Shown piece after piece: positions 15,879 to 24,448 of a stretch of DNA of 40,794 nucleotides. This stretch comes from a virus (taxonomy: Duplodnaviria; Caudoviricetes): positions 1 to 40,794 of IMG/VR virus record IMGVR_UViG_3300012943_000045; one strand, 5' to 3'. The notes under the pieces were generated by a model that worked only from the letters and a program-made list of their open reading frames with translations, made no database searches and was not told the DNA's origin. The position numbers and the translations under genes are program-made. Every line of letters starts with the position of its first letter. Positions within the stretch are counted from its first letter, which is position 1.

Positions 15879-16078
15879 TCCCGTGCGAGGTCTGCCACAA
15901 CCTATCTGATAGGCATGACACCTATTGCCCGCGACAGGCCGGAGCTTTCCCAGCGCCCCGGCCTGGTGACAAGTGCCGCTTCATCGGAAACCATCAGGTC
16001 GAGCACGCGGACGACTGTGACCAGTGGGGCAAGGGCGTCGTCACCGATGCCCGCACCGGAAGGCGGGTTCGCTCGTGA
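15875..16078 (+). CDS. Small Cys/His-rich protein
   Basis: CxxC..HxxxC and C..HxxxC pairs; 4-bp overlaps. Confidence 0.6.
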   Translation: MIPCEVCHNLSDRHDTYCPRQAGAFPAPRPGDKCRFIGNHQVEHADDCDQWGKGVVTDARTGRRVRS

Positions 16079-16206
16079 TTCCTCTGCCGGACAACCCCTT
16101 CTACCGGGCCATGGCGATTCTCCACCTTGAGGAGACCGGCCACCCCCTAGATGCATTGCTTGACACAACAAAGGTAAATGATCGGATGATCCGTTACTGC
16201 TGCTAG
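16075..16206 (+). CDS. Hypothetical protein
   Basis: GTGA overlap; ends just before the terminator. Confidence 0.5.
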   Translation: MIPLPDNPFYRAMAILHLEETGHPLDALLDTTKVNDRMIRYCC

Positions 16207-16213
16207 CCCTGCC

Positions 16214-16250
16214 AGAAACGCCCCCGCCTACTCTCGGGGGCGTTTCTTTT
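16214..16250 (+). terminator. Intrinsic terminator closing the early operon
   Basis: AGAAACGCCCCCG/CGGGGGCGTTTCT followed by Ts. Confidence 0.85.
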
Positions 16251-16757
16251 GCCCGCAAACACGTCGGTAAGTCTTGACTTTCGGGCAAACCTGTGGTATC
16301 ACGCGCGCGCATCGCGAGGGAAGACACCTGTCAACGCTTGAAGTTGCACGTCACAGGACGCTCCCTCACGTCGCGTACGCGCGTATAGCACACCCTGGCA
16401 CGATCAACCGCTCCCAGGACGCCACGGGGGCATTGCAGGGCGCTACGGGGTGCATTGAGCCGCATTACACAACCCACGGTTTCAACGACATAGCTCTAGG
16501 AGGTCACAGAATGCGATCTAAGCGACTTGCACTGGAAAGTGACACAAACACCCGTGGAGACGATCTAAGGGCTTCTACGGGCATTCTGTGGCCTGTGGGG
16601 GGCTATTCCCGCCTTGGACGGTGGCCCGAAGCGCACACTGGGGACCGGAGCGAAAAGTGACCTGGGAAGCGTGACATCGAGAAGAGTTCGGGAATGACGC
16701 CTAATAGCGACTTCACGCCTCAGAACCACGGGGCCTTTTTTGAACTTTCGGATTCTG

Positions 16758-17190
16758 AGAGTTATCCACATGCTGTAGCGCAGCGAAAGTACTTTGTATC
16801 AATGTTTGTCATAACGCCCTATACGTATACCCTTCGAAAAATACCTCTATTTTCTAAGATGACAACTAGTGATGAGAGATTATAAATGTGTATTAAGAGA
16901 ACCCCCCCTCATCCTCTCCCGCTTGTTTACTGCCTTATTTTCTTTTTTCCAGAAAGCTACCAAGTCGCTTACCTCGGTTTTCGACCCTCCTTTTTGCCAG
17001 AACACTATTTAGAACACTATTTTGTTTGCAACAGAATAGTCGTCTGCCAGAGTGCTCTGGCTCAGTAGTGATCTGCAAGAGGCCACCATAAGTGTTTTAT
17101 GCCTTGTTGACACTGTCCACTTCGCTACCGACAACTTTTTTGTTCGGTGCTGATTGAAGAGTTATCCACATGCGAGCGAAGCGAGTAAGG
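16758..17190 (+). promoter_or_regulatory. Origin-like region with two consensus DnaA boxes
   Basis: TTATCCACA at 16762-16770 and 17162-17170 in the shared context AGAGTTATCCACATGC; AT-rich DNA between them. Confidence 0.55.
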
Positions 17191-17214
17191 AGCGCCAGCG
17201 ACCCGCTTTGGGCA

Positions 17215-17288
17215 ACAAGGGGTGCAAGGGTGACACCAGTGACAAGGGGTAAAAAGGTGACACCAGTGACAAGGGGTGCAAGGGTGAC
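17215..17288 (+). repeat. 27-bp tandem repeat, about 2.7 copies
   Basis: ACAAGGGGT(GC/AA)AA(G/A)GGTGACACCAGTG starting at 17215, 17242, 17269. Confidence 0.92.
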
Positions 17289-17338
17289 TGGGTAAAATCC
17301 TGTGCGTAAAACGAGGCGGTAAAAAGGTTGCCAAGGTG

Positions 17339-17367
17339 TTGCGTTCGGACCGACGTAATAGTAGACT
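17339..17367 (+). promoter_or_regulatory. Promoter of the long rightward operon
   Basis: TTGCGT-N17-TAGACT. Confidence 0.55.
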
Positions 17368-17402
17368 CGGGCGAGAGCGCAATTAGAGGAAGGGGTCTTC
17401 AG

Positions 17403-17711
17403 ATGAAACCAAGGAACAGATTCAAAGCCACTATTACTGTCATCGATTTGATGAACATGGACAGAAGTGAAGTGGAGATGGTAGTACGGGATGGTAAAAA
17501 CAAACTTAGGGTAGCTGAACTTTTGAAGGTCGATCTGCACGGGCCAGGGTTGCCCGCAATCGTTAGTAGCCGCACCACGCTGAAGAACGGATTTCGTTGG
17601 TACGGGACACATAGTTACCCAAGCAGCACCTCGCCAGTGGAGATTTGGCTAAAGTCGAAGTTTGCCGACAGGCCTCTACATGTGGATGGCAAGAAAAGGG
17701 GGAACAAATGA
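17403..17711 (+). CDS. Hypothetical protein
   Basis: ATG after GAGGAAGGGG; overlaps the next start. Confidence 0.6.
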   Translation: MKPRNRFKATITVIDLMNMDRSEVEMVVRDGKNKLRVAELLKVDLHGPGLPAIVSSRTTLKNGFRWYGTHSYPSSTSPVEIWLKSKFADRPLHVDGKKRGNK

Positions 17712-18388
17712 GCACCACAGAACCAGAGACGTGCACCCCAGCGCAGGCTGCTAAAGAATACGTTGAGCACCCAGCAATAGGTGAGCCGACAATAACAATT
17801 GCCAACCCTGGTTACGTGCTAGCTGTCGAGGCGGAGAGCAGGCGCAACGCGGCAATCGCTCAGCTGCGCGAGGTCCAGAAGTTAGCCCAGGGCCACAAGC
17901 ATCGAGCAGACAACGCGGAGAAAGAGCGTGACCAGGCGATAAAAGCATTCGCAGCGCTCAAGGAGTCGTCCGCGAAGTGTGACGTGGAGCGTATTGACCT
18001 ACGGGCGGAGCGCGACCAGTTGCTAAGCGACCTGCTAGAGGAGCGCGCTCAAAGTCAGGCGGACGCGGCGGTAGCCATTGGGCGCATGGCGAGTGAGGTT
18101 CTTGGCAGGGAGGCGATGCGGGCTTTGAGCTTTGCACTCAAGATGAAAGTTGATTACGAGGATTCCGAGGAGGAAGTAGTGAGTAAGGTTGAGCAAATAG
18201 AACTCCGTGCAAAGGACTTGAAGGTTGGTGATAGCGTCCAGGTTTCAAAAACGCCTCAGGCTGTTGTTACAGTGCCGCGGGAGGGTCTTTACTTAGTGGC
18301 CGAGGGGGAGCAGGTGGAAATCCACCTTGGGGGCGGTTCGGCCATTCTGTCTCGGAGCGAGTGGGATGAGATAGTGGGTGCGCTGTGA
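17708..18388 (+). CDS. Coiled-coil hypothetical protein
   Basis: Long Ala/Glu/Arg helical region; C-terminal RAKDLKVGD motif. Confidence 0.7.
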   Translation: MSTTEPETCTPAQAAKEYVEHPAIGEPTITIANPGYVLAVEAESRRNAAIAQLREVQKLAQGHKHRADNAEKERDQAIKAFAALKESSAKCDVERIDLRAERDQLLSDLLEERAQSQADAAVAIGRMASEVLGREAMRALSFALKMKVDYEDSEEEVVSKVEQIELRAKDLKVGDSVQVSKTPQAVVTVPREGLYLVAEGEQVEIHLGGGSAILSRSEWDEIVGAL

Positions 18389-18702
18389 TCGGAAAGATTA
18401 TGCGCCTAGAAAGTGGCGTGATTGTGGTGCCATATCGGTGGAACTGGGTTTCGTATGATGCTGTTGTCGTTTACGACCCGCTGGATCCGAGGACTCGGGG
18501 TGAAACCTTTCTCATTGATGCGGATGCTATTAACGCTGGGATAGAGCTTTCTGCTCTCAAAACAAGTACTGACAGTGGGAAGCTTCTCAGCCCGCACTTG
18601 CTCGCAAGGGGTTATGGAGGCGGGAAGGGTTACGAGCGATTCAGTATCGAAAGCGAATGGGTTGAGGTTGCCTACCCGGAAGACATGGAGCCATGCTCAT
18701 GA
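18385..18702 (+). CDS. Hypothetical protein
   Basis: GTGA overlap; operon continuity. Confidence 0.6.
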   Translation: MIGKIMRLESGVIVVPYRWNWVSYDAVVVYDPLDPRTRGETFLIDADAINAGIELSALKTSTDSGKLLSPHLLARGYGGGKGYERFSIESEWVEVAYPEDMEPCS

Positions 18703-19028
18703 GCCGCTACCTGAGTGAAGAATTCAAGGCGATCCAGGCTGATGTGGAACAGGAATACGGTCCGGCATCCCGGTGGGTTTACGCCCGACAGTGGTGGAGG
18801 CGTGTTGGGAAGGCGCGTGTCGTCGCAGCCGATGCCTCCTGGTTGGCGGACAGGCTTCTCCATGACATCCACGCGGCTGTGTTCCAGAACGACCCGAGGA
18901 TGTTCGGGCTGCTGTTAGCAGCACGCGACGCGACTCGCGAGCTTTCAACCGAGCTCGCCCAGGACAACTACCGCCGATTCCAAGGCCGCCCTGAATCGCA
19001 GGGTTCCGAGACAGGGAGCGACCGATGA
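18699..19028 (+). CDS. Hypothetical protein
   Basis: ATGA overlap with the upstream gene. Confidence 0.6.
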   Translation: MSRYLSEEFKAIQADVEQEYGPASRWVYARQWWRRVGKARVVAADASWLADRLLHDIHAAVFQNDPRMFGLLLAARDATRELSTELAQDNYRRFQGRPESQGSETGSDR

Positions 19029-19177
19029 TCATCAACCCTGAGCGCGAGACGAGCGGCGTCGATCCCGTCACTGCCTATCGCTGGTACTGCGCGGCGTGCG
19101 ATGAGGTCGGCATCGAGTTCGACTCGGGCGACGCAGAGCAGAGCCTCTACGAGCACGAGGACGAGCGTCATGACTGA
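19025..19177 (+). CDS. Small acidic CxxC protein, 50 aa (not in the ORF track)
   Basis: GGGAG RBS, ATGA overlap; YRWYCAACDE...H. Confidence 0.6.
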   Translation: MIINPERETSGVDPVTAYRWYCAACDEVGIEFDSGDAEQSLYEHEDERHD

Positions 19178-19201
19178 GCGCAAATCGCAGGGTTCCGAGA
19201 C

Positions 19202-19444
19202 ATGACGTGCACAGAGAAATGCTGGACACCGAAGCCATGCCCTGATCATGGCGACAACATGGCTCCATTCGGGCGCAGCGTCAGTGCCTACGAATACGAG
19301 TGCTGCGAGAACCGGATGGACAGCAGCATAAATCCCCGCCACCTGTGGAGTGTCCACGACTCGACGCGCTACTACACCGACCCAGACGGCTGGGCAGCGC
19401 ACGAGCAGGGTTGCGCTGAATGCCGACCAAAGCTTGACGAGTAG
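19202..19444 (+). CDS. Cys/His-rich hypothetical protein
   Basis: 80 aa with several C/H pairs. Confidence 0.6.
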   Translation: MTCTEKCWTPKPCPDHGDNMAPFGRSVSAYEYECCENRMDSSINPRHLWSVHDSTRYYTDPDGWAAHEQGCAECRPKLDE

Positions 19445-19502
19445 AACTAGCCAATGTAGGGTTACGCATAATGGGTAGCCGATAGAAAAAGAGGAGGGCA
19501 AA

Positions 19503-19685
19503 GTGTTCGATAGCGAGCAGATCGATGAGCTGCGCAAGTTGATTCGAGAGTACGGGTTGGCGGAGTGGAACGAGGGGGTGCAGGCTGCGAATGACCAATC
19601 TGAAGACCATGAGCTTTCGATGAAATTGTCCCGGATGGCGCTTGAGGCGATCAATTTCCAGCTAAATGAAATGGGCCTACTGTGA
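19503..19685 (+). CDS. Hypothetical protein
   Basis: GAGGAGG RBS. Confidence 0.65.
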   Translation: MFDSEQIDELRKLIREYGLAEWNEGVQAANDQSEDHELSMKLSRMALEAINFQLNEMGLL

Positions 19686-19936
19686 TCGCAACGCCTGATG
19701 TTATTGAGCGGATCGAGCTGAACTTTGACCAAGAGCCCGCGTGCGAGGCTAGGCATAACCCCAGAAACACTCTGATGTGTTCAGTTGAGGTTGTTGCTAA
19801 ATACTCAAGTTGCCAGCGAGGCGGTATTCTCGTTTGCCAGCGCGTGGTTGATTTTACAGAACTTCACGGAAACGAGCCGTGTGGAATGCTGTGCACCAAT
19901 ACGGTTGCCGACTGTTGGCGCATTATTCCAATTTGA
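19682..19936 (+). CDS. Cys-rich hypothetical protein
   Basis: GTGA overlap. Confidence 0.6.
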   Translation: MIATPDVIERIELNFDQEPACEARHNPRNTLMCSVEVVAKYSSCQRGGILVCQRVVDFTELHGNEPCGMLCTNTVADCWRIIPI

Positions 19937-19952
19937 TTGAGGGGAGATTGAA

Positions 19953-20186
19953 GTGATTTTCACTGTCGTATATTTCGCTGTTATGTTGGTGGCACTGGTC
20001 CCAATGACTTTGTTGGCGCACCGATTTGTGGAAGATGAGAGATATCATGAGGGCGATCTATGGGGCCAGACCCTGTCCAGAGCTATTGGCTTCTTGCTTT
20101 CCATGATCTGGCCCGTTTCCCTGCTTATGGTTTTCGTGCATTTCATCATCATGAAACTGAGTGGAGGGCAAAATGAAAGAGATTAG
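19953..20186 (+). CDS. Small membrane protein (2 TM)
   Basis: Hydrophobic segments with an IWPV motif; GGGGAG RBS. Confidence 0.65.
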   Translation: MIFTVVYFAVMLVALVPMTLLAHRFVEDERYHEGDLWGQTLSRAIGFLLSMIWPVSLLMVFVHFIIMKLSGGQNERD

Positions 20187-20562
20187 TGTTACTGATATTC
20201 GCAAGGGTGACAGGATTAGGTGCGTCGCACTTTCCAGTGGTGGACGTGAGTTCACGGAGGAATACACTGCTGAGTACAGTGAGGAAGCCCCCGTTCTGCT
20301 CATTAGCTACGATGGACACGAGGTCTATCTGATTGACCGACCGTTACCCGAGGTTCCGACACGTCCATATTCAATGATTATCCCGCCACGAGACTTACGC
20401 ATGCTTGATTATTACTGCGCTGTCCTTGAGCCAGAGGGCCTATCGGGCACCACGTGGTATGAACCTTACAGCGGCCGAGCTGTTCCAGTGGATTCTGTGC
20501 GAGAACTCATCTCTGAAGGTTGGACAGTGATCGAGGGGCCAGAGCTGGAGGATGGGGAGTGA
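20173..20562 (+). CDS. Hypothetical protein
   Basis: GGAGG RBS; DIRKGDRIR and YLIDRP motifs. Confidence 0.65.
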   Translation: MKEISVTDIRKGDRIRCVALSSGGREFTEEYTAEYSEEAPVLLISYDGHEVYLIDRPLPEVPTRPYSMIIPPRDLRMLDYYCAVLEPEGLSGTTWYEPYSGRAVPVDSVRELISEGWTVIEGPELEDGE

Positions 20563-20855
20563 GTCTCCCGGAGAGCCTTGAGGCTGAGGCGAGTAACATC
20601 ACTGTCAACTGGTACCGGGCTACCACAACGAGGAAGATTGGGTTGGGATCATCCTACGATCCTATTCCGGAGGGTGCGTTGGGCTGGGTTCGTATGATCG
20701 CCCCCAATTGGGCTGTATTTACTCCAGAGGAGCATGGCGGCTGGCCCGGCAGAATTTCTCTGACGCTAACAAGCGTAAGAATAGATATGGATGACTATGT
20801 TCAGCAAACATATATTCTCCCAGACAGCTATTGGGCTTCCGTTTCTGACGAATAA
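20559..20855 (+). CDS. Hypothetical protein
   Basis: GTGA overlap; GGAGG RBS. Confidence 0.6.
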   Translation: MSLPESLEAEASNITVNWYRATTTRKIGLGSSYDPIPEGALGWVRMIAPNWAVFTPEEHGGWPGRISLTLTSVRIDMDDYVQQTYILPDSYWASVSDE

Positions 20856-20894
20856 GCGCTAGTGTAGGGCTAACAAACTTTTGGAGAGGAGTTT

Positions 20895-21353
20895 ATGATG
20901 ACGAACAACCAAGAACTGATAGCCGAACTGCGTGCGTACGCGAGCGAGGAGGTAGCGCCCCAGTACGACGACGATGGCGATCTAATCCTCGACTACCAGT
21001 ATCTGGATGGGGTGAATGGTGCCCGGCGGGATGTTCTGAGGATTCTCGACAGGCACGCCGCCCTCACCCCTCGTGTGGTGTCCACGGTGGAGGGCGAATG
21101 GGAGTACGCGGTTGTCCTTGCGAAGGGCACGTGGGTGGATGCCGCTCGCTTCCCGTCTGAAGAAGCTGCCCGTTCGTCGTGCCACGAGTACGCGTCGGGT
21201 GATGCGTCGGTGGTACGACGGCGGAAGCCTGGAGCGTGGGAGCCAGTTGAGCAGCCGAACGCCCCAGAGCACAGCCTCGATCACATGTTCGGTGACGTGT
21301 CTGCCCAGTTGGCTGCCCTCACCATCCGTAGGGAGGGGGATAGCCATGGCTGA
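20895..21353 (+). CDS. Hypothetical mosaic protein
   Basis: GAGGAG RBS; EWEYAV...VVRRRKPGAWEPV module. Confidence 0.7.
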   Translation: MMTNNQELIAELRAYASEEVAPQYDDDGDLILDYQYLDGVNGARRDVLRILDRHAALTPRVVSTVEGEWEYAVVLAKGTWVDAARFPSEEAARSSCHEYASGDASVVRRRKPGAWEPVEQPNAPEHSLDHMFGDVSAQLAALTIRREGDSHG

Positions 21354-21708
21354 GCCGACTGCACTCGTTGAGTTCGGGAATCCGAGCACAGCACATCCGA
21401 ACATCCGACCAATGACGATCCTGTGCAGCGAAGGCGACTACGTAATCTTCGCGTCACAGCGCACTGATTCTACCGATGCGGTCGATGGTGCGCGGTGGAT
21501 TCGCGACCATCTCGATCAGCACAAGCCAGGGCGTGCGATGGACATCGCCGTGGACTGGGAGGTCAGTGCGTGCTGCAACGTTTGCGAGGACGAGATCGGT
21601 GACGTAGAGACCGATGATGGCGAGACTCTGCGCTGTCGGGAATGCGGCACGACATGGAACATCGACGGCACCAACGGTGAGCGGGAGGAGGGGAACGATG
21701 CTGAGTAG
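21346..21708 (+). CDS. Zn-ribbon hypothetical protein
   Basis: CNVC..CRECG..W; RBS before ATG 21346. Confidence 0.65.
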   Translation: MAEPTALVEFGNPSTAHPNIRPMTILCSEGDYVIFASQRTDSTDAVDGARWIRDHLDQHKPGRAMDIAVDWEVSACCNVCEDEIGDVETDDGETLRCRECGTTWNIDGTNGEREEGNDAE

Positions 21709-21961
21709 GGAGTTGCGCGTGGCCGTGCGTGACTGGATGGAAACCAGAAACACCGGAGCATTATTCGCGGCGGTGGCTGAGCGTAACCGTGCAGCAGCCA
21801 ATGCTGCGGCGAAGAACGCGCTCGAAGAAGCTGCCACCGACTGGCAAATCAAATCCAACAAACTAGGGCAATGGTGCGAGCATCCAGTATCTGAATGGCT
21901 CCTTGCTCGTGCGGCGTCCATCCCCACCATAGCCGAGGGGGCTGAACGTGAAGCTCGGTAA
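21698..21961 (+). CDS. Hypothetical protein
   Basis: GGAGG RBS; helical; WLLARA. Confidence 0.6.
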   Translation: MLSRELRVAVRDWMETRNTGALFAAVAERNRAAANAAAKNALEEAATDWQIKSNKLGQWCEHPVSEWLLARAASIPTIAEGAEREAR

Positions 21962-22181
21962 CGAAGATTTCGCGCTCATGTTCCCCGAGCTCGCCCAACC
22001 CACGGCAAGCAAGAGGCGTTGCAGATGCGGTCACACCGAGTGGAACCACACGAAGCAGCATCCGATTCGCTCCGGCATCAGCGTTTGCCTGGTGCGGGGA
22101 TACGGATTCCTAGGGCTGGGTCGATGTCTCTGTGCCGGATTTCGGAGCATCCCCACCACAACCAAGGAGAACGAACGATGA
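21948..22181 (+). CDS. Small Zn-finger-like protein
   Basis: CRCGH...H..C..CLCAGF motif. Confidence 0.6.
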   Translation: MKLGNEDFALMFPELAQPTASKRRCRCGHTEWNHTKQHPIRSGISVCLVRGYGFLGLGRCLCAGFRSIPTTTKENER

Positions 22182-22471
22182 GCGAAGTAAGCAGGTTCCG
22201 GAAGAAGCCCGTCGTCATCGAGGCGATGCAAGTTCTCGATGATATTCGTGCGCACCAGCAGATTTGCGAGTGGGCGGCACGCGGCACGCCCTCGGGCGAG
22301 GTGATCCCTGTCGTGATGAGCCGATTCGATTCGCACCTGATCATCCACACGCGCGAGGGGACGATGCACGCCGAACTGGGCGACTGGATCGTCAAGGGCG
22401 TGGCCGGCGAGTTCTACCCATGCAAGCCGGAAATCTTCGAGCAGACATATGAGGCGGTTTCCGATGACTGA
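22178..22471 (+). CDS. Conserved phage protein (FRKKPVVIEA family)
   Basis: FRKKPVVIEAMQ, IHTREG.MHA..GDWIVKGVAGEFYPCKPEIFEQTYE. Confidence 0.85.
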   Translation: MSEVSRFRKKPVVIEAMQVLDDIRAHQQICEWAARGTPSGEVIPVVMSRFDSHLIIHTREGTMHAELGDWIVKGVAGEFYPCKPEIFEQTYEAVSDD

Positions 22472-22661
22472 CGAATCCCTGAAAGAGCAGACCCCCTACA
22501 CGCCGACCTACGAGGTTCTGGGCGGGCAGGGCCACATGGTTATTGGCCGAGGGCTAACGCGGGGGCAGGCCGAGAAGTTGCGCCGCGACTTCGACGAAAA
22601 GTGCTCTGCCTACGGGCTGCACAATCCACCCACATGGATAAAAGAGGAGGTGCGACGGTGA
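22464..22661 (+). CDS. Hypothetical protein
   Basis: GAGG RBS; overlaps neighbours. Confidence 0.55.
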   Translation: MTDESLKEQTPYTPTYEVLGGQGHMVIGRGLTRGQAEKLRRDFDEKCSAYGLHNPPTWIKEEVRR

Positions 22662-23032
22662 CTGACGATTACACGCCGCCAACGGAGGACGTGCGAAACC
22701 ACTACGCCCATGGATGCGGCCCAAAGCATACCCGGGAAGAGTCTCGGGCGGATTTCGATCGCTGGCTTGCTGCCCATGAGCAGAAGGTGCGGGAACCGTT
22801 GGAAGCGAAGTTGGCGGAGGCCGACAAGCTCGCGAAGGACTGGTACGAGGCGTACGAGCGTGCCAGCGATCGCGTAATCGCGCTGCGTGAGCGTCTAGCC
22901 GAGTGGCGCGACGAGAACCAGGCCCACGAGATCTACCCGGCGGACGAGCATCAGGCCGAGGAATGCACCGACGAATGTGCGTGGTGCGCGCTCGACGCCA
23001 TCCTCAATGACACCCCGAAGGAAACCCGATGA
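22658..23032 (+). CDS. Hypothetical coiled-coil protein
   Basis: TDDYTP..VR..Y, FDRWLAAH module; GGAGG RBS. Confidence 0.7.
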   Translation: MTDDYTPPTEDVRNHYAHGCGPKHTREESRADFDRWLAAHEQKVREPLEAKLAEADKLAKDWYEAYERASDRVIALRERLAEWRDENQAHEIYPADEHQAEECTDECAWCALDAILNDTPKETR

Positions 23033-23214
23033 GTGACAAGACCAACGAAAAGATTGTGGCCGACGCGATGGCGAATGCGGGGGCACCGCTGATGCATTCA
23101 CGCATTGAGGAGGCCGTTGTTGCTGCTCTCGAAGCCGCTGGTCGTCTTCTGGGTAAGCCGACAGACGAGCAGGTGGAGCGGGCGGCGGTTGTGCAATCTA
23201 AGTCAAGGGTGTAG
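23029..23214 (+). CDS. Hypothetical protein
   Basis: ATGA overlap; PTDEQVERAA module. Confidence 0.55.
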   Translation: MSDKTNEKIVADAMANAGAPLMHSRIEEAVVAALEAAGRLLGKPTDEQVERAAVVQSKSRV

Positions 23215-23257
23215 TGTTCTTGGTACAAGGTTTTTCCACACAACAAAGGAGGACATC

Positions 23258-23443
23258 ATGAACACTCTCGGGCACAACCTAATCTGGTACAAGGGGGAGC
23301 ATGCGCCCCGCAATATCGCGTTTTATGCGGAGTGCAGCTGTTCGCAACGTGATGATGCTGGCTACCCCGATGCGGGTTGGGCTGGTAGCGTTTCTGATGT
23401 TGTGGATAGCTACGCTGAGCATGTTGAGGAAGTCCTGGTCTAG
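23258..23443 (+). CDS. Small CxC/His protein
   Basis: AAAGGAGG RBS; H..AECSCS..W..H pattern. Confidence 0.7.
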   Translation: MNTLGHNLIWYKGEHAPRNIAFYAECSCSQRDDAGYPDAGWAGSVSDVVDSYAEHVEEVLV

Positions 23444-23483
23444 TGGCTGGGGAAATATCGGTTTGAGGGAGAAGGAGTTTTAC

Positions 23484-23969
23484 ATGGAGATTTCGACAGC
23501 ATTTGGGTTTGTCCCCGAGGTGACCCTTTCGTGCGACGGAATGGCGTGGAGTCACCCCGCAACGAGTACGGGAATTGGTCAGGTGGATTACTATTTCGTG
23601 GCAGTCAACGGTGGAGAGGTTACCGCCTATACGCCCGGAGAGGTTCTGGATATCGCGTGGCCGGAGGATGGCAGTCAGGTTCTTGTCACTCTCCAGGGAT
23701 CATACGAGCCTGGGCTCAAGCACCAACTTGGACAGACGAAGCGGGTGGAGCCGGAGGAGTGCAACGAAGAGATCCCGCTCCCCGAGGAGCCTGAGACCCC
23801 CGCTCCCGAGGTTACCGAGACCACGGTCCAGGTGCCAGTGGGCACCCTGGAGGCAACCCTGCCTGCGACCGGAGCGGACTTGCTAACTGGCTCAGTTTTT
23901 GCCGTCGTTCTTCTTGTGGCTGGTGCCTCTTTGGCGCTCAAGCAGATGGTGACAGGGAGGGTGGAGTGA
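23484..23969 (+). CDS. Protein with an LPXTG-type C-terminal sorting signal
   Basis: AAGGAG RBS; Pro/Glu/Thr stalk, LPATG, hydrophobic helix, short K/R tail. Confidence 0.7.
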   Translation: MEISTAFGFVPEVTLSCDGMAWSHPATSTGIGQVDYYFVAVNGGEVTAYTPGEVLDIAWPEDGSQVLVTLQGSYEPGLKHQLGQTKRVEPEECNEEIPLPEEPETPAPEVTETTVQVPVGTLEATLPATGADLLTGSVFAVVLLVAGASLALKQMVTGRVE

Positions 23970-24448
23970 TGGTTGACAAGACCAACGAACAGATCGTGGC
24001 GGAGGCGCGTGATGTCGCCGAGTCCATCCAGGGGTGGCTCAACTCCTTGCCACCACACGAGCGCAATAGCGGCGACAAGGATTTTGACCGCCGAACCCTA
24101 GCAAGCTTGCGGGCAGTGGCCAACGCCCTCACTGCTGCTGGTGTCGCCCCACAAGCGCCGGGTGAGCACGACGATGCGTGCCGTGATCTGGGTCACGCAG
24201 GCACGATTTGCTGGGGCGAGTGCCTCGCTTCCGAGCACACCACGCCCGTGTACGACGTGGACAAGCTCGCTGAGGTGATTGACGAGCAGTTGGTGGATGC
24301 AGTTGGTGGATGCGTCTGCCATGAGGCGTACACGACCCGCAATATGCGTGACCCCGATTGTGAATGGCATGGAGTAAACCCACGCGACGAGTTTCCGCTA
24401 GAGGTTGCACGTGCCGTTGTCGCTTACCTGGGAGGAGAGGGGAAGTGA
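23966..24448 (+). CDS. Hypothetical mosaic protein
   Basis: GGAGGGTGGA RBS; CVCHEAYTTRNMRDPDC..H module. Confidence 0.7.
   Translation: MMVDKTNEQIVAEARDVAESIQGWLNSLPPHERNSGDKDFDRRTLASLRAVANALTAAGVAPQAPGEHDDACRDLGHAGTICWGECLASEHTTPVYDVDKLAEVIDEQLVDAVGGCVCHEAYTTRNMRDPDCEWHGVNPRDEFPLEVARAVVAYLGGEGK

Noticed and set aside
17215-17288. CRISPR array
   Set aside because: Repeats are head-to-tail with no unique spacers, and there is no cas operon; the Cas4-like gene is a recombination exonuclease beside ERF.
17097-17612. Minus-strand 171-aa ORF with LAPLVTGVT repeats, and other ORFs in 16270-17380
   Set aside because: Translation of the DNA tandem repeat, no RBS, antisense to a better gene; the region looks non-coding.
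18968-19756. 262-aa minus-strand ORF
   Set aside because: Antisense to several RBS-supported, coupled plus-strand genes; no recognisable motifs.
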